Made by a program: the position numbers and the translations under genes. The notes under the pieces are model-generated. The model had not been told where the DNA came from, made no database searches, and was given only the letters and a program-made list of their open reading frames with translations. Positions 13,777 to 21,601 of a DNA stretch of 24,000 nt are shown here, one piece after another. Position 1 is the stretch's first letter. The number at the start of each line of letters is the position of its first letter. The stretch is from Desulfuromonas versatilis (GTDB lineage Bacteria > Desulfobacterota > Desulfuromonadia > Desulfuromonadales > NIT-T3). The stretch is from assembly GCF_019704135.1 (NCBI RefSeq), contig NZ_AP024355.1, forward strand, positions 3,393,034-3,417,033, given 5' to 3'.

Positions 13777-15675
13777 TCATTGCGCGGCTGGCGGATTTCC
13801 GTCAGCCTGCCGGGGTTCGCCGATGAACTCCTGCCTGCTTCCGGCAACCGGGGACTCGACCACCTCCAGGGCACGGACGAAGTGGTCACGACTTCCGAAC
13901 ACCAGCAGTCCGTCCACCAGCACCGGGGTCCCCTGGATCTCCCGAGGGGCCTGGAATGCGCCCAGCAGGTCGCCGCTTTCGGCGCCGTACACCGCCAGGG
14001 AGCCGCTGTTGTCGCCCAGGTAGAGCCGCCCCTCCCTGACCAGCGGGGTGGCGTAGACCGGCCCAGAAGTCTCCCGACGCCAGATCGGCCTGCCATCCTG
14101 CGCCTCGAGCTTCCACAGCCCCCCTCCGGCAGTCCCCAGGAACAGGGCCCCTTGGGCATAGACCGGCCCTCCGTAATAGCAGGTTTCGCCCAGCTCGCGG
14201 CGCCAGCGCTCGACACCCTGGCGGGTAAAGGCGACCAGCAGCCCGTCGCGGGTGACCACCACCGGTCCCTCCGGGGTCAGGGCCGGAGCGGCAAGCAGCG
14301 GGCCGGGGAGCCGGGCCTCCCAGAGGAGCCCGCCCGCCGGATCCAAAGCCGTCAGGGTCCCCGCGCCGCCCGCCAGAAAAATCGCCCTACCGTCCCAGCC
14401 AGGGGCGGCGCGCAGCGGCTGGGGAGCCTCGTAGCGCCAGCGTAGCTCGCCGGAGCCCGCATCCAGGGCGAACAGGCTGCCGTTCCAGGCCGGCACCAGC
14501 AGCAGCTCGCCGATGCGCAGCAGACCCCCCTGGCGATGGTCGTCAGCCCGCGAGGGTCCGTAGCTGAACCCCCAGCGGGGTCGCCCGTCCCCGCGCCCCA
14601 GGGCAGTCACCTGCCGCCCCCAGGTCTGGGCATAGACCGTTTCGCCGTCTACCGCGCCACTGGCGTCGATGATGTCCCCAAGGTCGCGACGCCAGCTCAG
14701 CCGCCCCTCCCGGTCAAGGGCGTAGAGGTGCCCATCCCAGCTGGCCACGAACAGCTCTTTCCCCGCGGCGACGGGCGAGGCGTCGATAAAGCCCCCGGTC
14801 GCGAACCGCCAGGCCTCCCTTAGCTCGAGACCGTCCCGCGGCCCGGTCCCGGCAACCCAGTCCGCAGCGGCGCTGATGTGGACCCGGCCGATCTCCGGAT
14901 CCTGCTTCTGATCGAAGATCGTCGCCGCGGCCGCGCCCGGATCGGCGCTCCCCCACCAGTTCTCCCCCAGGGTCACGTCCTCGGCGTAAAAATCTCCCAG
15001 CCGGAAATTGTCGCCGTTGCCGTAGATGTTGTTGTCGTGGATGCTGGCTTCGCGGTCGTTTTCGAACAGGAAGATGCCCGAACCGTTGTAGCGGATGATG
15101 TTGCGGGTGACCTCGACGGTGGAATTGCGGAAATTGATCCCCTTGCCCTGGTTGTGCTCATAGAGGTTGTTGCGGATGACGAAGCTGGCCTGGCCGAGCC
15201 GGCAGCCGTCGATGTTGCCGCGGATGGTGCAGTCCTCCACCACGCCGCGGGTGAAGTGGGCGTGCAGGGTATAGGCGGAATCGCTGATCTCGCAGTAGCG
15301 CAGGTGCACCTGCCGCGAAAAGTCGACCCGAATCTCCTGCCAGTCCCCCGGCTGGGGGTCGGCCTCGGCGCTGCGGAAACGGATCGGCAACGCGCGGGTC
15401 CCCTCGGCCTCGAGCGTCCCCTCGATGATCAGTGTTCCGTCCCCCAGGCCGTCCTGGTCGACGTCGCGGCGCACAAAGGCAATGTCGGTCCCGGGCAGGA
15501 TGGTCAGGGTCGCCCCCTTGACCACCTTCACCGAGCCGTCGATGAGGATACGCCCGTGCCAGGTAGCGTCCTGGTGGATCTCGGCATCCCTGAGCACCAG
15601 CGGCGGCTCCGGGGGCCGCAGCCCCGAGCAACCCGCCAGCAGCAGGCCGAGCAAAAGCAGCGCCCGGGCTACCAC
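13777..15675 (-). CDS. lipoprotein with N-terminal beta-helix (NosD-like) domain and C-terminal PQQ-like beta-propeller repeats
   Basis: MVARALLLLGLLLAGC carries a lipobox. The beta-helix repeats include RNNLYEHNQGKGI, RNIIRYNGSGI and DNNIYGNGDN, followed by ENWWG. Repeated ...G.L.ALD...G...W motifs then follow (HLYALDREGRLSWR, SLFALDAGSGELRWR, LTALDPAGGLLWE, LWKLEAQDGRPIWR), typical of BamB/PQQ propellers. The GTG start overlaps the upstream stop. Confidence 0.8.
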   Translation of the reverse strand: MVARALLLLGLLLAGCSGLRPPEPPLVLRDAEIHQDATWHGRILIDGSVKVVKGATLTILPGTDIAFVRRDVDQDGLGDGTLIIEGTLEAEGTRALPIRFRSAEADPQPGDWQEIRVDFSRQVHLRYCEISDSAYTLHAHFTRGVVEDCTIRGNIDGCRLGQASFVIRNNLYEHNQGKGINFRNSTVEVTRNIIRYNGSGIFLFENDREASIHDNNIYGNGDNFRLGDFYAEDVTLGENWWGSADPGAAAATIFDQKQDPEIGRVHISAAADWVAGTGPRDGLELREAWRFATGGFIDASPVAAGKELFVASWDGHLYALDREGRLSWRRDLGDIIDASGAVDGETVYAQTWGRQVTALGRGDGRPRWGFSYGPSRADDHRQGGLLRIGELLLVPAWNGSLFALDAGSGELRWRYEAPQPLRAAPGWDGRAIFLAGGAGTLTALDPAGGLLWEARLPGPLLAAPALTPEGPVVVTRDGLLVAFTRQGVERWRRELGETCYYGGPVYAQGALFLGTAGGGLWKLEAQDGRPIWRRETSGPVYATPLVREGRLYLGDNSGSLAVYGAESGDLLGAFQAPREIQGTPVLVDGLLVFGSRDHFVRALEVVESPVAGSRQEFIGEPRQADGNPPAAQ

Positions 15676-16706
15676 ATCTCCTCCACCACGATTTCGATCC
15701 CCTTCAGCGCCTTGCCGGTCTGCACCCGCACCGAGTGACTGGGGGTGCCGTCGTAGGTGCCGAACAGCTCGCCCGGGGCCGGCGCGCCGCCGAGGGTGTT
15801 GCGGGCGGCCAGATAATAGACGCCGCCGTTGGCGAAGGAAAGGACGAAGGCGCCATCGGGCCCGGTGGTCTGGGAGACGTGCAGCGGGCGGTTGAGCATC
15901 TGCGAATCCTCGTACAGAAATACCCGCACCCCGGCCACCGGGGCCCCCTTCTTGTCGAGAACACGCCCATGGATGCTGGTCTGCCCGAACAGGGAATCGG
16001 CGAGGCGTTCGACCTTTTCCGGCACTTCCAGCATGGGGATGGCTATTTTCAACACCTCTCCCTCGGCGAGCTTCACCGGGTTTTCCGGATAGAACCCGAT
16101 GTAGTCGCCGGCCCTGAGTGGCCCGGCGAATTCCTTGCTGCGCCGCATCCGGGCGATAACGTAGTAGGTCCCGGCCGGCAGCGGCGCCTCGAACAGCCCC
16201 TGCTCGGTGGTGGGACCGGCCATGCCGAGCCCCATCCCCTTGAGTTCGTTGGTCAGGTCGGTATAGACGTAGACGATCGCTCCGGCCAGCGGCACCCCGT
16301 CGACGGTGGTCTGGCCAAGAATGCCGGTGGCGACCTGCGGCTCGGCCCTGGGGGGTGCGGGGCGCAGGGGGACCAGGGAGAGATTCATCTGGCCGAGCCC
16401 CTCGCGCGGGACGGTCACCGGGTTGCGTCCGTAGTAGCTGTACAGCTCCTTCCCCCGGGCGATGAAATAATAGGCCCCGGGAGGCAGATCGATGCTGAAC
16501 AGGCCGTCCTTGCCCGACACGTTGGAGCGGTGGGGTGTGTCCCCGGCCAGAGAGGGAGCATCCGCCGGGTAGGCGAAAACCTGGATGGCCGCCACCGGTT
16601 CGGTTTTCACGGTGAGCTTGCCGGAAACGGTGACGCCGAAAGCGGCTTCCAGGAGCATGCCGAAAAAAATCGAGACCGACAGAAAAATCCGCAATGTACT
16701 TGTCAT
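15669..16706 (-). CDS. secreted protein with three carboxypeptidase-regulatory-like (CarboxypepD_reg/Cna-B-like) beta-sandwich repeats
   Basis: A signal peptide is present. A module recurs three times, each with a G.V......P.AGA.V.vY.... start and ...T...G.F....P.G.YY..AR later (GKDGLFSIDLPPGAYYFIAR; TEQGLFEAPLPAGTYYVIAR; GPDGAFVLSFANGGVYYLAAR). Confidence 0.7.
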   Translation of the reverse strand: MTSTLRIFLSVSIFFGMLLEAAFGVTVSGKLTVKTEPVAAIQVFAYPADAPSLAGDTPHRSNVSGKDGLFSIDLPPGAYYFIARGKELYSYYGRNPVTVPREGLGQMNLSLVPLRPAPPRAEPQVATGILGQTTVDGVPLAGAIVYVYTDLTNELKGMGLGMAGPTTEQGLFEAPLPAGTYYVIARMRRSKEFAGPLRAGDYIGFYPENPVKLAEGEVLKIAIPMLEVPEKVERLADSLFGQTSIHGRVLDKKGAPVAGVRVFLYEDSQMLNRPLHVSQTTGPDGAFVLSFANGGVYYLAARNTLGGAPAPGELFGTYDGTPSHSVRVQTGKALKGIEIVVEEMW

Positions 16707-16810
16707 GGCTGGTGCATCCGTTCTGGCATTTTTTTCGAGGGCGCCCTTTGCTGCGAGACCGTTTCTGGCAGAAAGCCGTCAGCCGGCCAAGCCTCCCGGG
16801 CAGATGTTCA

Positions 16811-17767
16811 TCAGGAAAAAAGCTGGTAGCCCCACCCCAGCAGCACCGCCCCGGCCAGGGTCACGGCCAGGAAGCTGAGTACCACCCGGCGGTGGAACAT
16901 CCCCCACAGGGCGATGATCGCCGGGATGCTGGAGACCGGACCGGCCATCAGCAGGGTGAAGGCCGCGCCGTGATCGATCCCCCGCTCGAGCAGGCCGGCG
17001 AGGATGGGGATGATGGGGATCTGGTTGGTGGGCAGCGGCAGGCCGATCAGCGCCGCCGCCAGCACCGAGAGCAGGCTCTTCTGCCCCACCAGCACGGTGA
17101 TCCAGGAGATGGGGACCAGGGTCACGATGAGCGCCTCGAGCACGATGGCCAGCAGCAGATACTTGCCGATGAACAGTCCGGCGTCGAGGGTGCGGTCGAA
17201 GATGAAACGCAGGCGTTTGGCGCGAGGGACCACGGTCATGGTGCGCACCGCGATGCCGTTGGCGGTGCCGATCTCGTAGGCGCTCGCCAGGGTGCCATCC
17301 TCCCGGTAGACCGGGCGCAGGCGGACCAGCTCGCCGGCCAGGAATCCGCAGTTAACCAGCCACTGGGTGGCGAACCCGGCTCCCAGGCCGATGAAGGCCG
17401 CCCCGCCCAGCTTGAGCATGGCCCACTCGGGTCCCAGGCCGCGCCAGGTGAGCAGCAGGGCGTCGGGACCCATGATGGGCGAGGTGGCCAGCAGGGCGAT
17501 CAGCGGAGCGATGGGGGTCCCCATCAGGGCCAGGGAGATGACGATGGGCAGGATGCCGCAGGCACACAGGGGCGAGACCATCCCCACCACCACGGCGAGG
17601 AAAATCCCCCAGGCGCCGGCGCGGTTGACCCAGCCGCGGATCTGCAGGTCGAGCTTGTACCCCTTGATCACCCCCACCAAAACGATGGAGAGCAGGAAGA
17701 ACCACCACATGCGGGCGATTTCCTCCCCGATGACCGTAAGCATCTGTATCCAGACCGATTCAGGCAT
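16811..17767 (-). CDS. ArsP-type (PF03773-like) permease with an intramembrane CxC motif
   Basis: The 318-aa polytopic membrane protein contains GMVSPLCACGILPIV, the cysteine-pair segment characteristic of the predicted-permease/ArsP family. Its start overlaps the upstream FmdE-like stop by 8 nt (ATGCCTGA). Confidence 0.75.
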   Translation of the reverse strand: MPESVWIQMLTVIGEEIARMWWFFLLSIVLVGVIKGYKLDLQIRGWVNRAGAWGIFLAVVVGMVSPLCACGILPIVISLALMGTPIAPLIALLATSPIMGPDALLLTWRGLGPEWAMLKLGGAAFIGLGAGFATQWLVNCGFLAGELVRLRPVYREDGTLASAYEIGTANGIAVRTMTVVPRAKRLRFIFDRTLDAGLFIGKYLLLAIVLEALIVTLVPISWITVLVGQKSLLSVLAAALIGLPLPTNQIPIIPILAGLLERGIDHGAAFTLLMAGPVSSIPAIIALWGMFHRRVVLSFLAVTLAGAVLLGWGYQLFS

Positions 17768-18260
17768 CCGTCACCTCGGTTTTTTCCACCACCTGCCGCA
17801 GGCTGAACAGCTCAGCCTCCCCGGCTCGGCGCAATTCCTCGAGCAACCCATCCAACACCTGCTGGCGAGCCGCAACCTCCGCGGCAGGGAGATTCGGCCG
17901 CAGCAGCTCGAGCTGGTCGCTCAGCCGCCGGTACTCCCCCGCCCGGGCCAACGCCGCCGCACCCAGTTCGACCTCGACCCCGTGCCCGTCCGAGCGCCGC
18001 ACCAGGCGCAGGCAGTGGCGCCGCTCTTCCCGAACGACCAGGGTGCCCCGTTCCCGGGAGACGCCGGCGGCCTCCTCGATGCCGTCCACCGCGCAGGTGT
18101 CGGTGTGGTAGACCGCCCGCAGCTCGTCGGGCGAACATTCTTCCGGAAACTGCCCCCGCGCCGCCAGCCCCAGCCGCCCGCCCAGGGTGCTCATCGGGCA
18201 GTAGTGGCCGTGGCGGCGGTAGATGCGGTCGAAAAGGTCTGAAGCCTGGGGTTGTTCCAT
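17760..18260 (-). CDS. FmdE/FwdE-domain protein (short form, no zinc ribbon)
   Basis: RRHGHYCPMSTLGGRLG (the HGHxCP signature) and HTDTCAVDGIEEAAG (the D.C..D.I....G block) are both present. The start is set at the ATG at 18258-18260; the RBS is weak, so the start is uncertain. Confidence 0.65.
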   Translation of the reverse strand: MEQPQASDLFDRIYRRHGHYCPMSTLGGRLGLAARGQFPEECSPDELRAVYHTDTCAVDGIEEAAGVSRERGTLVVREERRHCLRLVRRSDGHGVEVELGAAALARAGEYRRLSDQLELLRPNLPAAEVAARQQVLDGLLEELRRAGEAELFSLRQVVEKTEVTDA

Positions 18261-18413
18261 CCTCAAAATTACCTGGCAGAAGGCTCCGGGAAACGAGCAA
18301 TTTATCTCAAGATCAAGGAAGTCGAAGACTTTCGCGGAGGCGTACCTGGGTACGCCGCACAAGAGAAGTCCGAAGGCTGACGCAGAGAATCCGGAAAAGG
18401 CCCGTTTCCTCCC

Positions 18414-19295
18414 CTAGAATTCGTAGTGGTGCGGACAGTCCATCTCCCGGATCTGCTGGTACTTGGCGGTCATGTCCGGGGTGAGAAAACGCCGCACCTC
18501 GCGCAGGGCCTTGCGGAAATGCTCCATGGTTACCACCGCGGCGTCCTCCTTGATGGCGTTGACCGTGGCGCGCTTGCACAGGCTCTCGATGTCCCAGCCG
18601 ACGTAGCCCTCGGTCTGCGCGGCCAGTTCGCGCCGGTCGATGTCCGGAGCCAGGTTGGGCATCTGGTCCATGTAGATGTTGAGCATCCCCAGCCGGTCTT
18701 CGGCGTGGGGCGGATGGACGAAGACCTTGCGGTTGAAGCGCTTCTTTTCCTTGATCAGCGCCTGGTCGACGGTGTCGATGCGGTAGCAGGAGCCCACCAG
18801 CATGACCCCCTTGACCTGGTTGATGCGGTCGACCTGCTCGATGAACAGGCGCGTCAGGTCCTTGTCGGCGAAGGTCGGGGGGATCGCCCGGAAATTGCCG
18901 CTGCCCCACTCGTAATCGCAACCGGCCCGGGGGGCCAGCCACTCGCAGTCGGAGATGAACAGCACGCAGGGGGCCTCGTGGATGGCGCAGTCGAAGGCCT
19001 CAACCAGTTCCGGTCCCTTGCCGAGCATCTCCTGGCCCGAGATGTAGACGAAGGAGACGCCAGCCTCCTTGGCGCAGGCCTCGGCGAGCATGGTGATGCC
19101 GGTGCCGAGCGGGCCCCACATCATCACCCCGGCCGGCAGGCCGAGATTGTGCTGCAGGATCAGTTCGGGCTTCTTCAGGGGCAGGCAGACCATCTCCTTG
19201 AGGGTCTCCTTGACGTCGGCATAGCCGCCGATATCGTCCCAACCGAGCACCGGGTCGCGCACTTCGTAGAATATGTTCTGCAGTTTCCTGTGCAT
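18414..19295 (-). CDS. classical-clade AAA+ domain protein with degenerate Walker A and Walker B motifs
   Basis: It aligns by eye to the CDC48/FtsH-type module: GWDDIGGYADVKETLKE...P..P.....LG...P.GVMMWGPLGTGITMLAEACAKEAG..FV.ISG.E. Walker A is GPLGTGIT (19092-19115) instead of GPPGTGKT. The Walker B position reads FISDCE (SDCE at 18942-18953) instead of hhhhDE. Confidence 0.8.
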   Translation of the reverse strand: MHRKLQNIFYEVRDPVLGWDDIGGYADVKETLKEMVCLPLKKPELILQHNLGLPAGVMMWGPLGTGITMLAEACAKEAGVSFVYISGQEMLGKGPELVEAFDCAIHEAPCVLFISDCEWLAPRAGCDYEWGSGNFRAIPPTFADKDLTRLFIEQVDRINQVKGVMLVGSCYRIDTVDQALIKEKKRFNRKVFVHPPHAEDRLGMLNIYMDQMPNLAPDIDRRELAAQTEGYVGWDIESLCKRATVNAIKEDAAVVTMEHFRKALREVRRFLTPDMTAKYQQIREMDCPHHYEF

Positions 19296-19375
19296 GCCGT
19301 CACGTCACTCCATGGTTAAGGCTAAAAAAAATCCGCCGGCGACCGCCGGTCCGGTCACGGCCATCCGGAATATTC

Positions 19376-19391
19376 AGCAACATCCATGCCA
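19376..19391 (-). promoter_or_regulatory. sigma-54 (-24/-12) promoter TGGCAT-GGATG-TTGCT upstream of the AAA+ gene
   Basis: The minus strand reads GGTGGCATGGATGTTGCTGAATA, with correct GG-N10-GC spacing and a single deviation (C to T) from TGGCAC-N5-TTGCW. It lies about 80-95 nt upstream of the ATG at 19295. Confidence 0.6.
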
Positions 19392-19393
19392 CC

Positions 19394-19421
19394 TTGACTC
19401 CCCGCCGGCATTCCCTATACT
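19394..19421 (+). promoter_or_regulatory. sigma-70-type promoter TTGACT-16 nt-TATACT for glpK
   Basis: The hexamers lie at 19394-19399 and 19416-19421. The ATG at 19464 is preceded by an AAGGAG RBS. Confidence 0.5.
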
Positions 19422-19463
19422 TGGACAAGCACCCGGAATTCCAAGCAATCAAGGAGTCCCCCA

Positions 19464-20942
19464 ATGGAAAAACTGATCCTCGCCATCGACCAGGGGACCA
19501 CGGGGACCACGGCCCTGCTGGTCGACCGCTCACTGACCATCCGCGGCAGGGCAACGGTCGACTTCCCCCAGCATTACCCCAGGCCGGGCTGGGTGGAGCA
19601 CGACGCCGAGGAAATCTGGTTTTCGGTGACCCAGGCGATCCGCAGGGCGCTGCACTCGGCGAAGATCGACCCGAAGCGGGTCGCGGCGGTGGGGATCACC
19701 AACCAGCGCGAAACCACCCTGCTCTGGGAGAGAGACTCGGGGCGCGCCGCGGCCCCGGCTATCGTCTGGCAGTGCCGGCGCAGCTCGGAGATCTGCCGAG
19801 AGCTCAAGCAGGCCGGCCACGAGCCCCTGGTGCGGCGCAAGACCGGGCTGGTCCTCGACCCCTACTTCTCCGGAACCAAGCTCACCTGGCTGCTGCGGGG
19901 CGACCCGCAGCTGCGCCGCCGGGCCGCCGCGGGGCAGCTGGCCTTCGGCACCGTCGACTCGTTTCTGGTCTGGCGCCTGACCGGGGGACGCAGCCACGTC
20001 ACCGACGCCTCCAACGCCTCACGAACCCTGCTGATGGAACTGCGCAGCTGCAACTGGGACGAAGAGCTGCTGCAGCTGCTCGAGGTGCCGCCGGAGCTGC
20101 TCCCGCGCATCTGCGATTCCTCGGAAATCTACGGCACCACCCGCGGCCTGGAGATTCTCCCCGACGGGCTGCCCGTGGCGGGGATGGCCGGAGACCAGCA
20201 GGCGGCCCTGTTCGGCCAGGCCTGCTTCGAGCCGGGGGATGCCAAGTGCACCTACGGCACCGGGGCTTTTCTGCTGGAAAACACCGGCGGCGCGCCGGTG
20301 GAAAGCCGCAACGGACTGCTGAGCACCGTCGCCTGGCGGCTGGGCGGGCGCCCCAGCTACGCCATGGAGGGGAGCGCTTTCATCGCCGGCGCGGCGGTGC
20401 AATGGCTGCGCGACGGGCTGGGCCTGTTCAAGTCTTCCGCCGACGTTGAAGCCCTTGCGGCCTCGGTCCCCGACAGCGGGGGGGTGGTTTTCGTGCCGGC
20501 GCTCACCGGGCTGGGCGCCCCGCACTGGAAAAGCGAGGCGCGCGGCGCCATCACCGGCATTACCCGCGGCACCACCGCCGCCCATCTCGCCCTCGCGACC
20601 CTGGAGGGGATCGCCCTGCAGATCTGCGACCTGGTCAAGGCCATGGGCGAGGACAAGGGCAGCCCCCTGAAACGGTTCAAGGTCGACGGCGGGGCGGCCC
20701 AGAACAACCTGCTGATGCAGCTGCAGGCCGACCTGCTGGACCTTCCGGTGGTGAGGCCGCAGATGGTGGAGACCACCGCTATGGGGGCCGCCATGCTGGC
20801 CGGGCTCGCGGTCGGATTCTGGTCGGGGACCGCTGAGCTGAAATCGAGCTGGCGCGAAGAGCACCGCTTCGATCCGCGGATGTCCCCCCAGGTCCGCGGG
20901 GAGCTGCTGCAGCGCTGGCAGGAAGCTGTCAGCAAAGCCTAA
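19464..20942 (+). CDS. glpK: glycerol kinase
   Basis: The product reads [16 protein letters not shown]...[15 protein letters not shown]...[13 protein letters not shown]...[13 protein letters not shown]...[25 protein letters not shown] over a full-length 492 aa. Confidence 0.95.
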   Translation: MEKLILAIDQGTTGTTALLVDRSLTIRGRATVDFPQHYPRPGWVEHDAEEIWFSVTQAIRRALHSAKIDPKRVAAVGITNQRETTLLWERDSGRAAAPAIVWQCRRSSEICRELKQAGHEPLVRRKTGLVLDPYFSGTKLTWLLRGDPQLRRRAAAGQLAFGTVDSFLVWRLTGGRSHVTDASNASRTLLMELRSCNWDEELLQLLEVPPELLPRICDSSEIYGTTRGLEILPDGLPVAGMAGDQQAALFGQACFEPGDAKCTYGTGAFLLENTGGAPVESRNGLLSTVAWRLGGRPSYAMEGSAFIAGAAVQWLRDGLGLFKSSADVEALAASVPDSGGVVFVPALTGLGAPHWKSEARGAITGITRGTTAAHLALATLEGIALQICDLVKAMGEDKGSPLKRFKVDGGAAQNNLLMQLQADLLDLPVVRPQMVETTAMGAAMLAGLAVGFWSGTAELKSSWREEHRFDPRMSPQVRGELLQRWQEAVSKA

Positions 20943-20978
20943 GGAGCCGGCTCGCCGTTCGAGGTTCAGCCCCCGGAC

Positions 20979-21299
20979 TTACAGATCATTCAGCAGCCGG
21001 TAGATCTTCTGCTCGATCTCCCAGACCGTCGCGGCCCGGTCCTCCGCCCCCTGCTCCTCGAGCAGCAGTCGGGCCCGGTCGAGTTGGCTGTGCCCTTTGA
21101 GCAGCACGGGGGTCAGCTCCGCCTCGAGGCGGATGCGGGGGATCTCCCCCACCCGGTCCGCGAGTTCGACGAGAATTTCGGCCCCCTTGGCAATGACCCG
21201 GATCTCCTTGGACTCCTCTTCGCCGGCCCCGGCCCGCAACCCGGCCAGCAGGCCCTGTACATCGCCAACAATTTCCCTGTAACGATCCGAAATGCTCAT
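20979..21299 (-). CDS. hypothetical protein (106 aa, predicted helical, acidic)
   Basis: The ORF has a good RBS (AAGGGGAG) and GC-rich third positions consistent with its neighbours. I recognise no domain. Confidence 0.5.
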   Translation of the reverse strand: MSISDRYREIVGDVQGLLAGLRAGAGEEESKEIRVIAKGAEILVELADRVGEIPRIRLEAELTPVLLKGHSQLDRARLLLEEQGAEDRAATVWEIEQKIYRLLNDL

Positions 21300-21399
21300 C
21301 GGTCAGACTCCCCTTGAAATAAACGCTGTGCGCACTGGCGCAGGGCGACCATCTTAGACAAATTCCCCCCTGGAAACAATGAAAAAGGCTGGAAAAAAG

Positions 21400-21429
21400 T
21401 TGACTTCAAGAGGCCGGTACTGTTAGCTT
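21400..21429 (+). promoter_or_regulatory. candidate thi operon promoter TTGACT-18 nt-(TGt)TAGCTT, with an extended -10
   Basis: The hexamers were read directly. The predicted start lies about 20 nt before the riboswitch P1 stem. Confidence 0.35.
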
Positions 21430-21455
21430 ATACCCTCTGAAAACACATTGCAGTA

Positions 21456-21596
21456 CGCCCTAGGGGAGTAGCACCTACTGAGAGTCCCGGTCCTGCGGGA
21501 TGACCCTTTGAACCTGATCCGGATCATACCGGCGTAGGGAAGCGGCGCGATCATCCGACTTGATTTCCGGAGAGGCCGCCATTCGCGGCCTTTTTT
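21456..21596 (+). ncRNA. TPP (THI-box) riboswitch with intrinsic-terminator expression platform
   Basis: The aptamer reads CGCCCTAGGGGAGTAGCACCTACTGAGAGTCCCGGTCCTGCGGGATGACCCTTTGAACCTGATCCGGATCATACCGGCGTAGGGAAGCGGCG, containing the conserved CTGAGA and ACCCTTTGAACCTGATC.GG.T.ATACC.GCGTAGGGAA cores. The terminator GGCCGC-CATTC-GCGGCC-TTTTTT lies at 21574-21596, immediately before the ATG at 21602. Confidence 0.88.
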
Positions 21597-21601
21597 CGTT
21601 C

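Noticed and set aside
13668-14216. N-terminal extension making the beta-helix gene a 644-aa ORF (12282-14216).
   Set aside because: The extension overlaps the well-supported PQQ-propeller gene (13777-15675) in another frame and is Arg/Gly/Pro-rich. An internal Met at 13667 begins a textbook signal peptide and is preceded by an intergenic sigma-54 promoter. Similar over-extensions were trimmed for ispE (to 1767), lhgO (to 9253), both cytochromes, DUF3047, FmdE and thiF.
18261-18413. 153-nt spacer between the AAA+ and FmdE genes, with a GGCGTAC-CTGG-GTACGCC hairpin (18339-18356), considered as a riboswitch, sRNA or internal promoter (TTCGAC-16-TAAATT on the minus strand).
   Set aside because: It matches no riboswitch class I know. 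The hairpin lacks a U-tract and the promoter hexamers are weak. It is noted as unexplained but unsupported.
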